Made by a program: the position numbers and the translations under genes. Source: Candidatus Poribacteria bacterium (lineage in GTDB: Bacteria > Poribacteria > WGA-4E > WGA-3G). From it: a stretch of 64,000 nt of DNA. The stretch covers positions 2,176,001 through 2,240,000 of the forward strand of contig OZ251518.1 in NCBI GenBank assembly GCA_965242965.1. The letters are read 5' to 3'. This document shows, one piece after another, positions 1 through 9,987 of the stretch (position 1 is its first letter; each line of letters starts with the position of its first letter). The notes below the pieces were generated by a model. The model was not told the origin of the DNA. It did no database searches and saw only the letters and a list, made by a program, of their open reading frames with translations.

Positions 1-130
1 CCTGTATGGCGAGGGGAGAGTCTTCTACTTCGCGCTGGGGCACGATCTGGCTGTGCTTGAGAATCGGAGTTTTCAGGCAGTCATTCGCCGGGGTGTGTTG
101 TGGGCTGGCAGACGTATTTAGCAAGAGGGG

Positions 131-197
131 AACAGGATTTGCAGGATTAGCAGGATTAGCAAGAGAGGAGCAGGATTTGCAGGATTGACAAGATTAG
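131..197 (+). repeat. Tandem 9-mer repeat (CAGGATTTG/CAGGATTAG-like)
   Basis: caggatttgcaggattagcaggattagcaag...caggatttgcaggattgacaagattagcaag; the same unit recurs near 11380, 11490, 40860, 41010, 46660 and 47580. Confidence 0.85.
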
Positions 198-204
198 CAA
201 GAGG

Positions 205-640
205 GGTCCGTAGCGCGGGGGCCTGTCCCCCGCGATCGCCCGCGTGCCCCCAGAGACTGTAGTTCGGGATCGCCTGATCCCGAACGGCGCATGGCGAGGA
301 GAATCCTTTCCTGGCCCGTAGCGCGGGGGCCTGTCCCCCGCGATCGTTCGATCCGCGCGAAAAACGAACGCCGACAAAGGCCGTTTCCCTCCCGATCGAG
401 GCACGGCGAGGGACAGGCCCTCGCCCTACGGTGAAACGGAGACGGCCTTGCATACCGTAGCGCGGGGGCCTGTCCCCCGCGATCGTTCGATCCGCGCGAA
501 AAACGCACGCCGACAAAATCCGTTTCCCTCCCGACCGAGGCATGGCGAGGGACAGGCCCTCGCCCTACGTGAAGAGAGGCGTTTTTTTAACCGTAGCGCG
601 GGGGACAGGCCCCCGCGAACGATTTATGAAACCCCTTCAT
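205..640. repeat. Cluster of GTAG-type REP-like palindromes
   Basis: Several copies of GTAGCGCGGGGGCCTGTCCCCCGCGA, GGCGAGGGACAGGCCCTCGCCCTAC and GTAGTTCGGGATCGCCTGATCCCGAAC; ends in the GATTTATGAAACCCCTTCA TIR-like motif. Confidence 0.9.
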
Positions 641-647
641 TTAAATG

Positions 648-1955
648 TTAAATAGTGAAGAGTTCTTCAATGACATTGCCATCGTTGGCGACGCGGATGG
701 GGCGGCCGGAACGTGAGTAGTTCTCTTCTTGCGCGTCGATGCCGAGGGCAAAACAGAGGGATGCAAACAGATCTGGCACGCCTATCGGGGCTGTGAGAAC
801 CTTAGTGCCATCGACATCGGTGCTGCCGATAACCTGTCCGCCACGGATGCCACCGCCTGCAATTACGGCAGACCAGCCGTTTGTATGATGGTCCCGGCCT
901 TCATTCCCGTTAATCCGCGGTGTCCGCCCGAATTCGCCGAGCCATAAGACGATAGTCTGGTCCAGCAAATCGCGTGCTTCTAAGTCTTTGAGGAGCATGG
1001 CAAACGCTGGATCTACGGCGTTGAGGAGCTCTTCGGTGCGCTGAAAGTTATTTTCGTGGGTATCCCAGCCATCAAGGCTGACTTCAACGAAACTGACACC
1101 TGTCTCAATGAGCCGCCGAGCCATTAAACAGCCTTGTCCGAATTTGTTCATGCCGTAAGCCTCGCGAATCGCGATGGGCTCTTCGGAGAGGTGGAAGGCT
1201 TGGATATTCGGAGAGTTAATGAGTTGCTCCGCTTTTTTGTAAATGGCTTGATGCGCTTCGGTGCTGCGTCCTGTCCGTTTGGCGATAAAATCCTTCTCAA
1301 TGGCATTGAGCATCTTGAGGCGTTCACGAAACCGGTGCCTGTCCATCTGTGCGGGATACCCGAGGTCTTCGACAGGTTCTATGGGGTTATTGACGAGGAA
1401 GGCATCGTGGGTTGCGCCGAGGAAACCGCTGGAATACGTGGGCGAATTGATGTTAACGCAATTTGGTAGATTGGCGGCGTTGTTCTCCAAATAGTAGGAG
1501 GTTAGCGAACTGAGGGGAGGATGGTTTACGGTGCTGTCGGGTGCATAACCGGTGTGGAGCAGGTAACGCGCGCGTTCATGGTTTCCCTCGCGGGATACCA
1601 TCGAGCGAATGATAGAGAGATGGTGTGCTTGCTCGGCGACGAGAGGCAGATGCTGAGAGACATGGATGTCTTTCACGCTCGTCGGTATTTCGGCGAACGG
1701 GCCGCCGTTTTTGCTGCCGGGTTTCGGATCGAAGGTATCTAATTGACTGGCACCGCCGCTCATAAAGAGGACGATACAGTGTTTTGCGCGCGGCACAACT
1801 TCTTCGATCTGCGCGGAACCGGTGAAACCGAAGTGTTGCATGGCGACGAGGCCGAGGATGCCGCTCACGCCGCGCTTGAAAAACCCGCGCCGTGATATCT
1901 CGGTATGCCAGAGTTCGGGCGCGTCGTATTCGGGAATCCAGACTTCTGATTTCAT
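648..1955 (-). CDS. DUF1501 family protein with twin-arginine signal
   Basis: 435-aa ORF; SRRGFFK Tat motif, FMSGGASQLDTFDPKP, WDTH, GEFGRTPRIN..GRDHH; GGAGG RBS upstream. Confidence 0.9.
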   Translation of the reverse strand: MKSEVWIPEYDAPELWHTEISRRGFFKRGVSGILGLVAMQHFGFTGSAQIEEVVPRAKHCIVLFMSGGASQLDTFDPKPGSKNGGPFAEIPTSVKDIHVSQHLPLVAEQAHHLSIIRSMVSREGNHERARYLLHTGYAPDSTVNHPPLSSLTSYYLENNAANLPNCVNINSPTYSSGFLGATHDAFLVNNPIEPVEDLGYPAQMDRHRFRERLKMLNAIEKDFIAKRTGRSTEAHQAIYKKAEQLINSPNIQAFHLSEEPIAIREAYGMNKFGQGCLMARRLIETGVSFVEVSLDGWDTHENNFQRTEELLNAVDPAFAMLLKDLEARDLLDQTIVLWLGEFGRTPRINGNEGRDHHTNGWSAVIAGGGIRGGQVIGSTDVDGTKVLTAPIGVPDLFASLCFALGIDAQEENYSRSGRPIRVANDGNVIEELFTI

Positions 1956-2035
1956 GTTTTGCCTCCTTTGGTTTGTAGTGATAATTATGTTACCGTATTT
2001 AGGTGTTAAAATTCAAGAAAATTTTTGAATTGAGA

Positions 2036-2470
2036 CCGCCTCTGTAGTTCGGGAGTGCCTGCTCCCGAACGGGTCAGGATCGGGCGATCCGATGAAGGGG
2101 ACCGTTTTTCACCGTAGCGCAAGGGAGATAGCCGACCTGTCCCCCGCGATCGCAGGCATGGCGAGGGACAGGCCCACGCCCTACGGTAAACAGGAGCCGT
2201 TCCGGTTACCGTAGCGCGGGGGCCTGTCCCCCGCGATTGTTGGGGTGTGCGAACGATGGCGAGGGACAGGCCCGCGCCCTACGGTAATACGGGGCGTTTT
2301 TTTACCGTCGACCCGTTCGGGATCAGGCGATCCCGAACTACGGTCTTTTACAAGGTCCGGGCATGGCGAGGGACAGGCCCACGCCCTACGGGACGCGAGA
2401 CGGTATGCATGACGTGCAATGGCGAGGGACAGGCCCACGCCCTACGGGACGCGGGACGGTATGCATGACG
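2036..2470. repeat. REP-like palindrome cluster
   Basis: Same GTAG hairpin families, with a tandem duplicated unit near 2362-2478. Confidence 0.9.
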
Positions 2471-2492
2471 TGCAAATGAAGAGGCGATGTCT

Positions 2493-4364
2493 TCATCGAT
2501 GAAACCGCCGTTCCAATTCATCGCGGCCCATCTCAATAATGATAGGACGGGAATGTGGACAATTGAAGGGCAACTTCGCCTCCGATAACTCGCGGACGAG
2601 ATTCAGCATCTCTTTGGTATCTAAGGTATCACCGGCTTTTACCGCGGATTTGCAGGCGAGGGTTATCAGTGCCTTATCTAGTGCCTCCGGTAACTGCACC
2701 TCGCTGTGCGGTGCTTCGGGGAGCGCATCAAGCAAATCGGTGACGGCTTGCGCGGCGGCCCGAGTCGGCAGCGGCGCGGGAATCGCGCGGATGAGAATCG
2801 TGTTCCCGCCGAATTCCTCCAGATCGAAGCCGAGTTTTTTGAAGATGTCGCTGTGCATTTTGAGGGTTGCAAGCTGCTGCGGTGTGCTTTCTAACGTCAC
2901 CGGGAGCAATAAACCCTGCACGGGAATGCCATCTTTTTGCAGTTGATTAACGAACCGCTCATAAAGCACGCGCTCGGCGGCAACATGCTGGTCGATGAAG
3001 AAAACCTTATCTTTCGCCTCGGCGACAATATAGGTTTTAAAGAGGTTCGTTTTCAACTCAACCGCTTCAAAATCGAGCAGGGAAAGTAACTCTCCATCGG
3101 GAATCTCCTGTCGCGGCGGTTGCACGAAGGTTGGCGGTGCCTTGGGCGGCCGTTCAGGTTCCACGTCAGGTTCTACATCAGTGGGCGGCGCGGTTTCGCT
3201 CGTAGGCGGCGGTGCTTCGTTATCCGGCGTTTCGGTGCCGCTCGGTTTAGTAGGCGTAGGCGTAGGATGTTGGAGCGGCGGAATGCGTCTTCCGGGACGC
3301 GCGCCGGCGACACTACGGACACCGGTGCCTTCTGCATCCTCTGTCTCAATAGGGGTTTCGATTTTTGGAATATACTTCGCTTTCTGGATAGCGTTGCGAA
3401 TGATTCGGACAATGCCGCTGTAAACCATCCGTTCGTTCCGGAACCGCACCTCAATTTTAGCGGGGTGGACATTGACATCGACGGTGTTCGGTTCCATCGT
3501 CAGGAAGAGTAGCGCGACAGGTTGCCTATCTTTCGCCACCATTGCGCCGAGTGCCTCGGTGATAGCGGCAGTGATAATGCGGCTGCGGATGGGCCGCTGA
3601 TTCAGGAAGAAGAGTTGATAGTCCCGATTCGGCTTTGTAAAGTCTGGCTTTCCGAGGAGGCAATACATTTGCAAATCGGGCAGTTCCTCCTGAAATTCAG
3701 TGAGGTTCTCAGCGAATTCCTTGCCGTAGATGAGCCGCGTGCGTTCCAGATACGCATCGCAGGCGCGGACATCCAAGATGGTCCTGCCGTTATGTGTCAG
3801 CGAGAATTGGATATTCGGGTGGGCAAGCGCAGCCCATGTCACCTGATTCGTGATATGGTTCATCTCTGTCGTGTCCGTTTTGAGGAACTTGAGGCGCGCG
3901 GGGACATTGTAAAAGAGATTGTTGATTGACATGTGCGTGCCGGGAGAGCAACCGCTCTCTTGGACAGAACGGAATACACCGCCATCAACGTTAACTTTTG
4001 TTCCCTCCATTGCATCCGCTGCACGGGTAAGCAACTCGAACTGCGAAACAGAAGCGATACTCGCTAATGCTTCGCCGCGGAAGCCGAAGGTGTTGATTTC
4101 CTCGAGGTCTTCGATGCGGTTCACTTTGCTGGTAGCGTGGCGTTCCAAGGCGAGGAGCGCGTCCTCACGTGCCATGCCGCTACCGTTATCGGAGACGCGG
4201 ATGAGCCGTTTGCCACCGGCGCGAATTTCAACGCGGACATTGGTGCTGCCAGCATCAATGGCATTTTCGATGAGTTCTTTGACTACTGATGCCGGGCGTT
4301 CCACTACCTCACCGGCAGCGATTTTATTTGCGACATCAGCAGAGAGTATTTTGATTTTTGGCAT
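2493..4364 (-). CDS. mutL: DNA mismatch repair protein MutL
   Basis: KIAAGEVVERPASVVKELIENAIDAG, GFRGEALASI, DVNVHPAK, DQHVAAER, ACK, CPHSRP; start placed at ATG 4364 because the 84-aa extension in the ORF track is mostly repeat-derived. Confidence 0.97.
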   Translation of the reverse strand: MPKIKILSADVANKIAAGEVVERPASVVKELIENAIDAGSTNVRVEIRAGGKRLIRVSDNGSGMAREDALLALERHATSKVNRIEDLEEINTFGFRGEALASIASVSQFELLTRAADAMEGTKVNVDGGVFRSVQESGCSPGTHMSINNLFYNVPARLKFLKTDTTEMNHITNQVTWAALAHPNIQFSLTHNGRTILDVRACDAYLERTRLIYGKEFAENLTEFQEELPDLQMYCLLGKPDFTKPNRDYQLFFLNQRPIRSRIITAAITEALGAMVAKDRQPVALLFLTMEPNTVDVNVHPAKIEVRFRNERMVYSGIVRIIRNAIQKAKYIPKIETPIETEDAEGTGVRSVAGARPGRRIPPLQHPTPTPTKPSGTETPDNEAPPPTSETAPPTDVEPDVEPERPPKAPPTFVQPPRQEIPDGELLSLLDFEAVELKTNLFKTYIVAEAKDKVFFIDQHVAAERVLYERFVNQLQKDGIPVQGLLLPVTLESTPQQLATLKMHSDIFKKLGFDLEEFGGNTILIRAIPAPLPTRAAAQAVTDLLDALPEAPHSEVQLPEALDKALITLACKSAVKAGDTLDTKEMLNLVRELSEAKLPFNCPHSRPIIIEMGRDELERRFHR

Positions 4365-4397
4365 TTTTTGTTGTTTCCTAATTGTTTGTATCGGGCC

Positions 4398-4590
4398 CTG
4401 TAGGCGGGACATCCCTGTCCCGATACGGTATTGCATCGAGACCGGGAGGTCTCTCCTACTGTAGGCGGGACATCCCTGTCCCGACACTCGCCGGTAGGCG
4501 GGACATCCCTGTCCCGAAATTCGCCTACCGTAGGCGGGACATCCCTGTCCCGATACGGTATTGCATCGAGACCAGGAGGACTCGCCTACT
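4398..4590. repeat. REP-like cluster (GTAGGCGGGACATCCCTGTCCCGA x4; GTAGGAGAGACCTCCCGGTCTCGATG-type x2)
   Basis: Directly visible repeated palindromes. Confidence 0.9.
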
Positions 4591-6628
4591 GGGATTCTAA
4601 CAGATAGCAATGACACGAATGCGTCTGTGTGAGATGCGTGACCCCCGGATATTTATCCTTGCAATGCGGCATCACCTCTGGACATCGTGGATGGAAATGA
4701 CATCCTGCCGGCCGGTTAATCGGCGATGGGACATCACCTTCCAGCCGAATCTTTTCCACACTGCTCGCGGTATCCATTTTTGGGACAGCAGAGAGGAGAG
4801 CACGCGTATAGGGATGCTTCGGCGAATCAAAAATCTCCTCGGTTGTCCCGCGCTCTACGATGCGCCCCAGATACATCACGGCTACTTCATCGGCGAGGTA
4901 TTCCACAACGGCAAGGTTGTGCGTGATGAACAAGTAGGTGAGTCCTAGTTCATTTTGCAAGTCTTTGAGCAGATTCAAGATTTGCGCTTGCACCGATACG
5001 TCCAACGCACTCGTCGCCTCGTCGCAAACGATGAATTCCGGATGGACGGCGAGGCATCGCGCGATGCAAATGCGCTGTCGTTGTCCGCCAGAGAATTCGT
5101 GCGGATAGCGCGTTACCATGTCCGGCGATAGCCCTACCCGTTGCATCAGAGTGGCGACGCGCTGGCGGCGTTCTGTCGCCGATGCACCGATGTTGTGCGT
5201 CCGCATCCCTTCCTGAATAATATCTCCGACGGTTAGCCTCGGATTGAGCGAAGAGTAAGGATCTTGGAAAATAATCTGCATCCGCTGCCGATAGGGATGC
5301 AGTTGCCCGCGCGTCGCCGTCGTGATGTCAACGCCATCGTAACGGATGTCGCCGGTGACAGGCACTCCCAGCCGCAAAATCGCCTTGCCGAGGGAGGTTT
5401 TGCCGGAGCCGGACTCCCCAACGAGTGCCAGCGTTTTGCCGCGCGGCATCGCGAGCTCAACGTTATCTACGGCGTAAACATAACCGGCGGCGCGCTTGAA
5501 AATCCCTTTCAAAATCGGATAGTGGACGCAGATGTTCTTTAATTCCAGCGCAAACTCCTGCGTCTCATCCGCGCGCTCCAAAATAACCTTCGTCTTCTCG
5601 GCAGCACTCGCAAGTGTGTCCGTTTCCAACGGAGCATCAAACGGCGGCGCGGGGTTATAGAGGTGACAAGCGACGTTGTGCTGTGTTTCGTCTGTGGACA
5701 GCACGGGCGCGATGCTCGCGCACCCCTCCATGACTTTCGGACATCTATCGGCGAACCGGCAACCATCTCCATCGTCACCGTATTCTGTCGCTTTTGGGAC
5801 GCGCCCGGTAATCGTCTGCAATTCGGCACCCCGTTTATGCCGCGCCGGTGTAGACTCTAGCAACTTGACGGTATAGGGATGCTTCGGTGTGTTATAGAGC
5901 TGCGTCCATGTGCCCATTTCAACGATTTTTCCGGCATACATTACTGCAACCCGGTCCGCCATATTCGCCACGACTGCCAAGTCGTGCGTAATCAACAGCA
6001 CTGCCATCTGGAATTCCTGTTGAAGGCGTTGGATGAGCTCCAGAATCTGTGCTTGGATAGTCACATCGAGTGCGGTAGTCGGTTCATCGGCGATGAGCAG
6101 GCTCGGCTGACAAGAGAGTGCCATCGCAATCATGACGCGCTGTTTCATGCCGCCGGACATCTGGTGAGGATACTCATTGTAACGCGCCGCTGGTTCCGGA
6201 ATCCCCACTCGTTCTAACATCTCAATCGCTGCGTTTCGGGCGGCAGTGCCGCGGAGGTTCTGATGCAGGCGGATGGCTTCCGAGATCTGGTTCCCGATTG
6301 TGAAAACGGGATTGAGACTCGTCATTGGTTCTTGAAAGATCATTGCGATGTCGTTGCCCTGAACCTTTCGCTTTTCGATGGCGGGGAGGCGCGTGATGTC
6401 TTGGCCTTTGTAATAAATCGCGCCACCGGCGATAAACCCTGTCGGCTGCGGCACGAGTTGGATAAGCGAGAGCGCGGTGACGCTCTTCCCGCAGCCGGAC
6501 TCACCGACAAGCGCGAAGATTTCGTTCTGCCGGAGCTCAAAGGAAACACCGTCTACTGCACGTGCCACTCCTTCCGGCGTGCGAAAATAGGTTCTGAGGT
6601 TTTGGACGCTGAGCAATGTTTCGTTCAT
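4586..6628 (-). CDS. Fused double-ATPase subunit of a dipeptide/oligopeptide ABC transporter
   Basis: Two Walker A motifs (GESGCGKS, GESGSGKT), two signatures (YPHQMSGG, YPHEFSGG), HPYT and C-terminal Cys motifs. Confidence 0.95.
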   Translation of the reverse strand: MNETLLSVQNLRTYFRTPEGVARAVDGVSFELRQNEIFALVGESGCGKSVTALSLIQLVPQPTGFIAGGAIYYKGQDITRLPAIEKRKVQGNDIAMIFQEPMTSLNPVFTIGNQISEAIRLHQNLRGTAARNAAIEMLERVGIPEPAARYNEYPHQMSGGMKQRVMIAMALSCQPSLLIADEPTTALDVTIQAQILELIQRLQQEFQMAVLLITHDLAVVANMADRVAVMYAGKIVEMGTWTQLYNTPKHPYTVKLLESTPARHKRGAELQTITGRVPKATEYGDDGDGCRFADRCPKVMEGCASIAPVLSTDETQHNVACHLYNPAPPFDAPLETDTLASAAEKTKVILERADETQEFALELKNICVHYPILKGIFKRAAGYVYAVDNVELAMPRGKTLALVGESGSGKTSLGKAILRLGVPVTGDIRYDGVDITTATRGQLHPYRQRMQIIFQDPYSSLNPRLTVGDIIQEGMRTHNIGASATERRQRVATLMQRVGLSPDMVTRYPHEFSGGQRQRICIARCLAVHPEFIVCDEATSALDVSVQAQILNLLKDLQNELGLTYLFITHNLAVVEYLADEVAVMYLGRIVERGTTEEIFDSPKHPYTRALLSAVPKMDTASSVEKIRLEGDVPSPINRPAGCHFHPRCPEVMPHCKDKYPGVTHLTQTHSCHCYLLESQ

Positions 6629-6704
6629 AACATTAATATAACATGCATGTTATAGAAAAAGCAAGGGAATTTTGTTTTTTTTTTGGAATTGCGAGGCAAG
6701 TTGA

Positions 6705-7225
6705 CACCGCGCGATCGCGGGGCCCGTCCCTCGCCGCGCCCAGAGACCGTAGTTCGGGAGCGCCTGATCCCGAACGGGTCGACGGTAAAAAAACGCCCCG
6801 GATTACCGTAGGGCGAGGGCCTGTCCCTCGCCGTGCCCAGATCTTGGAAAAGACCGTAGTTCGGGAGCACCTGCTCCCGAACGGGTCGACAGTAAAAAAA
6901 CGCCCCTCGTTCTCTTCAGGTCCTTTAGGTCCTGAATGTCTATAGCAGCCGCAACGCAAAGAGCCCTAAGGTCCTTTAGGTCCTTAATAGACTTTGAGAT
7001 GCCGCGTGTTTTTTATTAAGGACCTAAAGGACCTTGCCGGGGGTTGCCTATTTTTCTATAGACATTAAGGACCTAAAGGACCTAAGAGGCCCTCTTGACG
7101 ACAGGCATCGCGGGGGACAGGCCCCCGCGATACGGTAAAAAAAACGCCCCGGGTTACCGTAGGGCGAGGGCCTGTCCCTCGCCATGCAACGATCGCGAGG
7201 GACAGGCCCCCGCGCTACGGTAACC
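6705..7225. repeat. REP cluster including the ~175-bp AAGGACCTAAAGGACCT / CTATAGACAT module
   Basis: GTAG hairpins plus a module at ~6915-7090 whose approximate reverse complement lies at ~24345-24525. Confidence 0.85.
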
Positions 7226-7254
7226 ATTCCCTACTCGCGCTGAAAAAATAACAA

Positions 7255-7283
7255 TTGACAAAAACACGTTTTTCTGCTAATTT
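7255..7283 (+). promoter_or_regulatory. Putative sigma70 promoter
   Basis: TTGACA-17 bp-TAATTT with TG extension, upstream of AGGAG RBS and ATG 7326. Confidence 0.6.
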
Positions 7284-7325
7284 AACAGAAAATCTGAACA
7301 CGCTTCTGAATAGGAGAACATTTTC

Positions 7326-8363
7326 ATGTATAAAAGCGCGATGTTAGGGTGCGGCGGCCGTGCCCGAGCACATGCAGATGCATATCGCTTCGTTAACGGC
7401 GGAAAACTCGCCGCCATCTGCGATATGAACACCGAATTACTCAACAAATTCGGAGACGATTTCGGCATCTCTGCACGCTACACGGATCTAGACGAGATGC
7501 TGGAGAAGGAGAAACCGGATGTCCTCCACATCGTCACCGCACCGGTCCTCCGCGGGACAAACGAACGCATTCGTTATCCGCTGATGAAACAGGCATCCGA
7601 CCACGGTGTGCCTGCCGCTATCGTGGAAAAGCCGATTGCCGTGGAAAGCGAAGACTGGAAACAGATTGCAGGACTCGCTGAAAGCACGCAGACGAAGTTC
7701 GTTGTTAATACGCAGCTCAACTTCCATCCGCAAAACTTGGAATTGAAGCGCGATGTGGCGGCGGGGAGAATTGGCGACATCAAATTCATTGAGGCAGGGG
7801 CGCGTAGTACCCCCGTAGATCAGGCACCACATGTGTTACAGTTGGTTTCGTCTTATATTGACAATTCGCGTCCGGTGCGAGTGCTCGGGCAAATCTCTGG
7901 GGCAGGCCCGCTAGATTCAGCGCAGCCTTCGCCGCAACACGCCGCCGCACGGGTGCAGTATGCGAACGGCTTGCACGTCTCTGTCGCTTTTGGCGCGGAC
8001 ATCGCGCCGCGGGCATCCGATAGCGACAGCGTCGTCGCGCACAAACGGGTTTTTGTCGTTGGGACGAAAGGTTTCGTGCATTGGCGGTTCAGCAGTTGGG
8101 AACGCGCCACGCCGGAGGGCGGTTATGAAGGCGGCCCGCTCAACTATGGCGAACAGGATGTCGTCGCGCAGGGTAATCTCACCGAGGCTGTCTTTGACTG
8201 GCTTGACGATGAAACGAAGGTGCATCCGACGCATCTCAAGCAATCGTTGGCGGAATTCAATCTGTTACTGGGCATTTACTACAGCGGCATCACTCACGAA
8301 ATCGTTGAGCTGCCGTTTGAACCGCCCGATGGGTTAATCGATTTACTCAGGAAAACGTTGTAA
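7326..8363 (+). CDS. Gfo/Idh/MocA family NAD(P)-dependent oxidoreductase, copy 1
   Basis: GCGGRA Rossmann motif, AAICD, EKP motif; 345 aa. Confidence 0.9.
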   Translation: MYKSAMLGCGGRARAHADAYRFVNGGKLAAICDMNTELLNKFGDDFGISARYTDLDEMLEKEKPDVLHIVTAPVLRGTNERIRYPLMKQASDHGVPAAIVEKPIAVESEDWKQIAGLAESTQTKFVVNTQLNFHPQNLELKRDVAAGRIGDIKFIEAGARSTPVDQAPHVLQLVSSYIDNSRPVRVLGQISGAGPLDSAQPSPQHAAARVQYANGLHVSVAFGADIAPRASDSDSVVAHKRVFVVGTKGFVHWRFSSWERATPEGGYEGGPLNYGEQDVVAQGNLTEAVFDWLDDETKVHPTHLKQSLAEFNLLLGIYYSGITHEIVELPFEPPDGLIDLLRKTL

Positions 8364-8431
8364 TCCCACTCTCCCTTGCAGCAAACGGGATTATGAGCGC
8401 GTGCCTATTTACGAAAGAGGAGAACATTTTC

Positions 8432-9469
8432 ATGTATAAAAGCGCGATGTTAGGGTGCGGCGGCCGTGCCCGAGCGCATGCAGACGCGTATCGCTTCGTT
8501 AACGGCGGAAAACTCGCCGCCATCTGCGATATGAACACCGAACTACTCAACAAATTCGGGGACGATTTCGGCATCTCCGCACGCTACACGGATTTAGACG
8601 AGATGCTAGAGAAGGAGAAACCGGATGTCCTTCATATCGTCACCGCACCGGTGCTACGTGGTAGCAACGAACGCATCCGTTATCCGCTGATGAAACAGGC
8701 ATCCGACCACGGTGTGCCTGCCGCTATCGTCGAAAAGCCGATTGCTGTCGAAAGTGAGGACTGGAAACAGATTTCGGGGCTCTCCAAGGAAACGAAAACG
8801 AAGTTTGTTGTCAATACGCAACTGAACTTCCACCCGCAAAACTTGGAGTTGAAACGGGACGTAGCGGAAGGCAGGATAGGCGATATCAAGTTCATTGATG
8901 CGAGCGCGCGCAGCACCCCGGTAGACCAGGGCCCGCATGTTTTGCAGTTGGTTTCGTCTTATATTGACAATTCTCGTCCGGTGCGAGTGCTCGGACAAGT
9001 CTCTGGGCGCGAGCAGTTAGATTCGGCGCAGCCTTCGCCGCAATACGCCGCCGCACGGGTGCAGTATGAAAACGGCTTGCACGTCTCGGTTGCGTTCGGC
9101 ACCGCTATCGCGCCGACTGCATCCGAAGATCCGGTGGTTTACTTCCACAAACGGGTTTTTGTCGTGGGGACGAAAGGGTTCGTGCATTGGCGGTTTAGCA
9201 GCTGGGAGCGCGCCACGCCGGAGGGCGGCTATGAAGGCGGCCCGCTCAACTATGGCGAACAGGATGTCGTCGCGCAGGGTAACCTCACTGAGGCTGTCTT
9301 TGACTGGCTTGACGATGAAGCGAAGGTGCATCCGACGCACCTTGAGCAGTCGCTGGCGGAGTTCAACCTGCTATTGGGCATCTATTACAGCGGCATCACG
9401 AACGAGGTAATTGAGCTTCCGTTTGAGCCGCCGGATGGGCTGATGGATTCGCTTCGGGCGAAATTGTAA
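8432..9469 (+). CDS. Gfo/Idh/MocA family oxidoreductase, copy 2 (tandem paralog)
   Basis: Same length and same upstream GGAGAACATTTTC-ATG as copy 1; about 90% aa identity by manual count. Confidence 0.9.
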   Translation: MYKSAMLGCGGRARAHADAYRFVNGGKLAAICDMNTELLNKFGDDFGISARYTDLDEMLEKEKPDVLHIVTAPVLRGSNERIRYPLMKQASDHGVPAAIVEKPIAVESEDWKQISGLSKETKTKFVVNTQLNFHPQNLELKRDVAEGRIGDIKFIDASARSTPVDQGPHVLQLVSSYIDNSRPVRVLGQVSGREQLDSAQPSPQYAAARVQYENGLHVSVAFGTAIAPTASEDPVVYFHKRVFVVGTKGFVHWRFSSWERATPEGGYEGGPLNYGEQDVVAQGNLTEAVFDWLDDEAKVHPTHLEQSLAEFNLLLGIYYSGITNEVIELPFEPPDGLMDSLRAKL

Positions 9470-9504
9470 GGGGGCTGCCTTTTATTTTTAAGTGAAAGGG
9501 AGGC

Positions 9505-9965
9505 GTTTTTTACCGTAGCGCAAGGGAGAGAGCAGACCTGTCCCACGCGAGTGTCCGGGGCCGCGGACGATGGCGAGGGACAGGCCCTCGCCCTACGGTG
9601 AGACGGCCCCCTCTGTAGGTCAAGATCGCCAGATCTTGACCCGTTCGGGATCGGGCGATCCCGAACTACGGTCTACGTTGAAGGGGTGGCGTTTTTAACC
9701 GTAGCGCGGGGGCCTGTCCCCCGCGATCGCTGCATGGCGAGGGACAGGCCCTCGCCCTACGGTGAAGGGGGGAGTTCTTTTCGCGTGCTAGATGGCGAGG
9801 GACAGACCCTCGCCCTACGGTGAAGGGGGACCTTCTGCCGCCGCTGCCCCGGGAGGCGCGCCGCCCTATTGCATCGAGACCAGGAGGTCTCTCCTACCGG
9901 GAAAACGGCATCGTTCGGAATCTCACGAAACCATTTTGACAACAACGAGTTAAGAAACACCCTCA
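9505..9965. repeat. REP cluster ending in TIR-like TTAAGAAACACCCTCA
   Basis: Multiple GTAG hairpin families. Confidence 0.85.
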
Positions 9966-9987
9966 TTTATTTAAAAGGAGAATAGCA

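Noticed and set aside
118-651. Short ORFs in repeat clusters (e.g. VARGPVPR- or GEGQALALR-containing), here and in all other intergenic mosaics
   Set aside because: They are translations of GC-rich palindromes, open in several frames, with no RBS or domain signal
2520-3000. MutL endonuclease inactivation (DQHV and CPHSRP variants)
   Set aside because: The metal-binding D, H, E and C residues are retained; the substitutions look conservative
4365-4616. N-terminal extensions of MutL (also the MTase at 30447-30593 and UDG at 32572-32694)
   Set aside because: The extensions are largely REP sequence upstream of the conserved N-termini; shorter starts fit the families
7326-9469. Diversity-generating retroelement template/variable repeat pair
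   Set aside because: Differences include many synonymous changes and are not adenine-specific; both copies are full genes; no reverse transcriptase in the window
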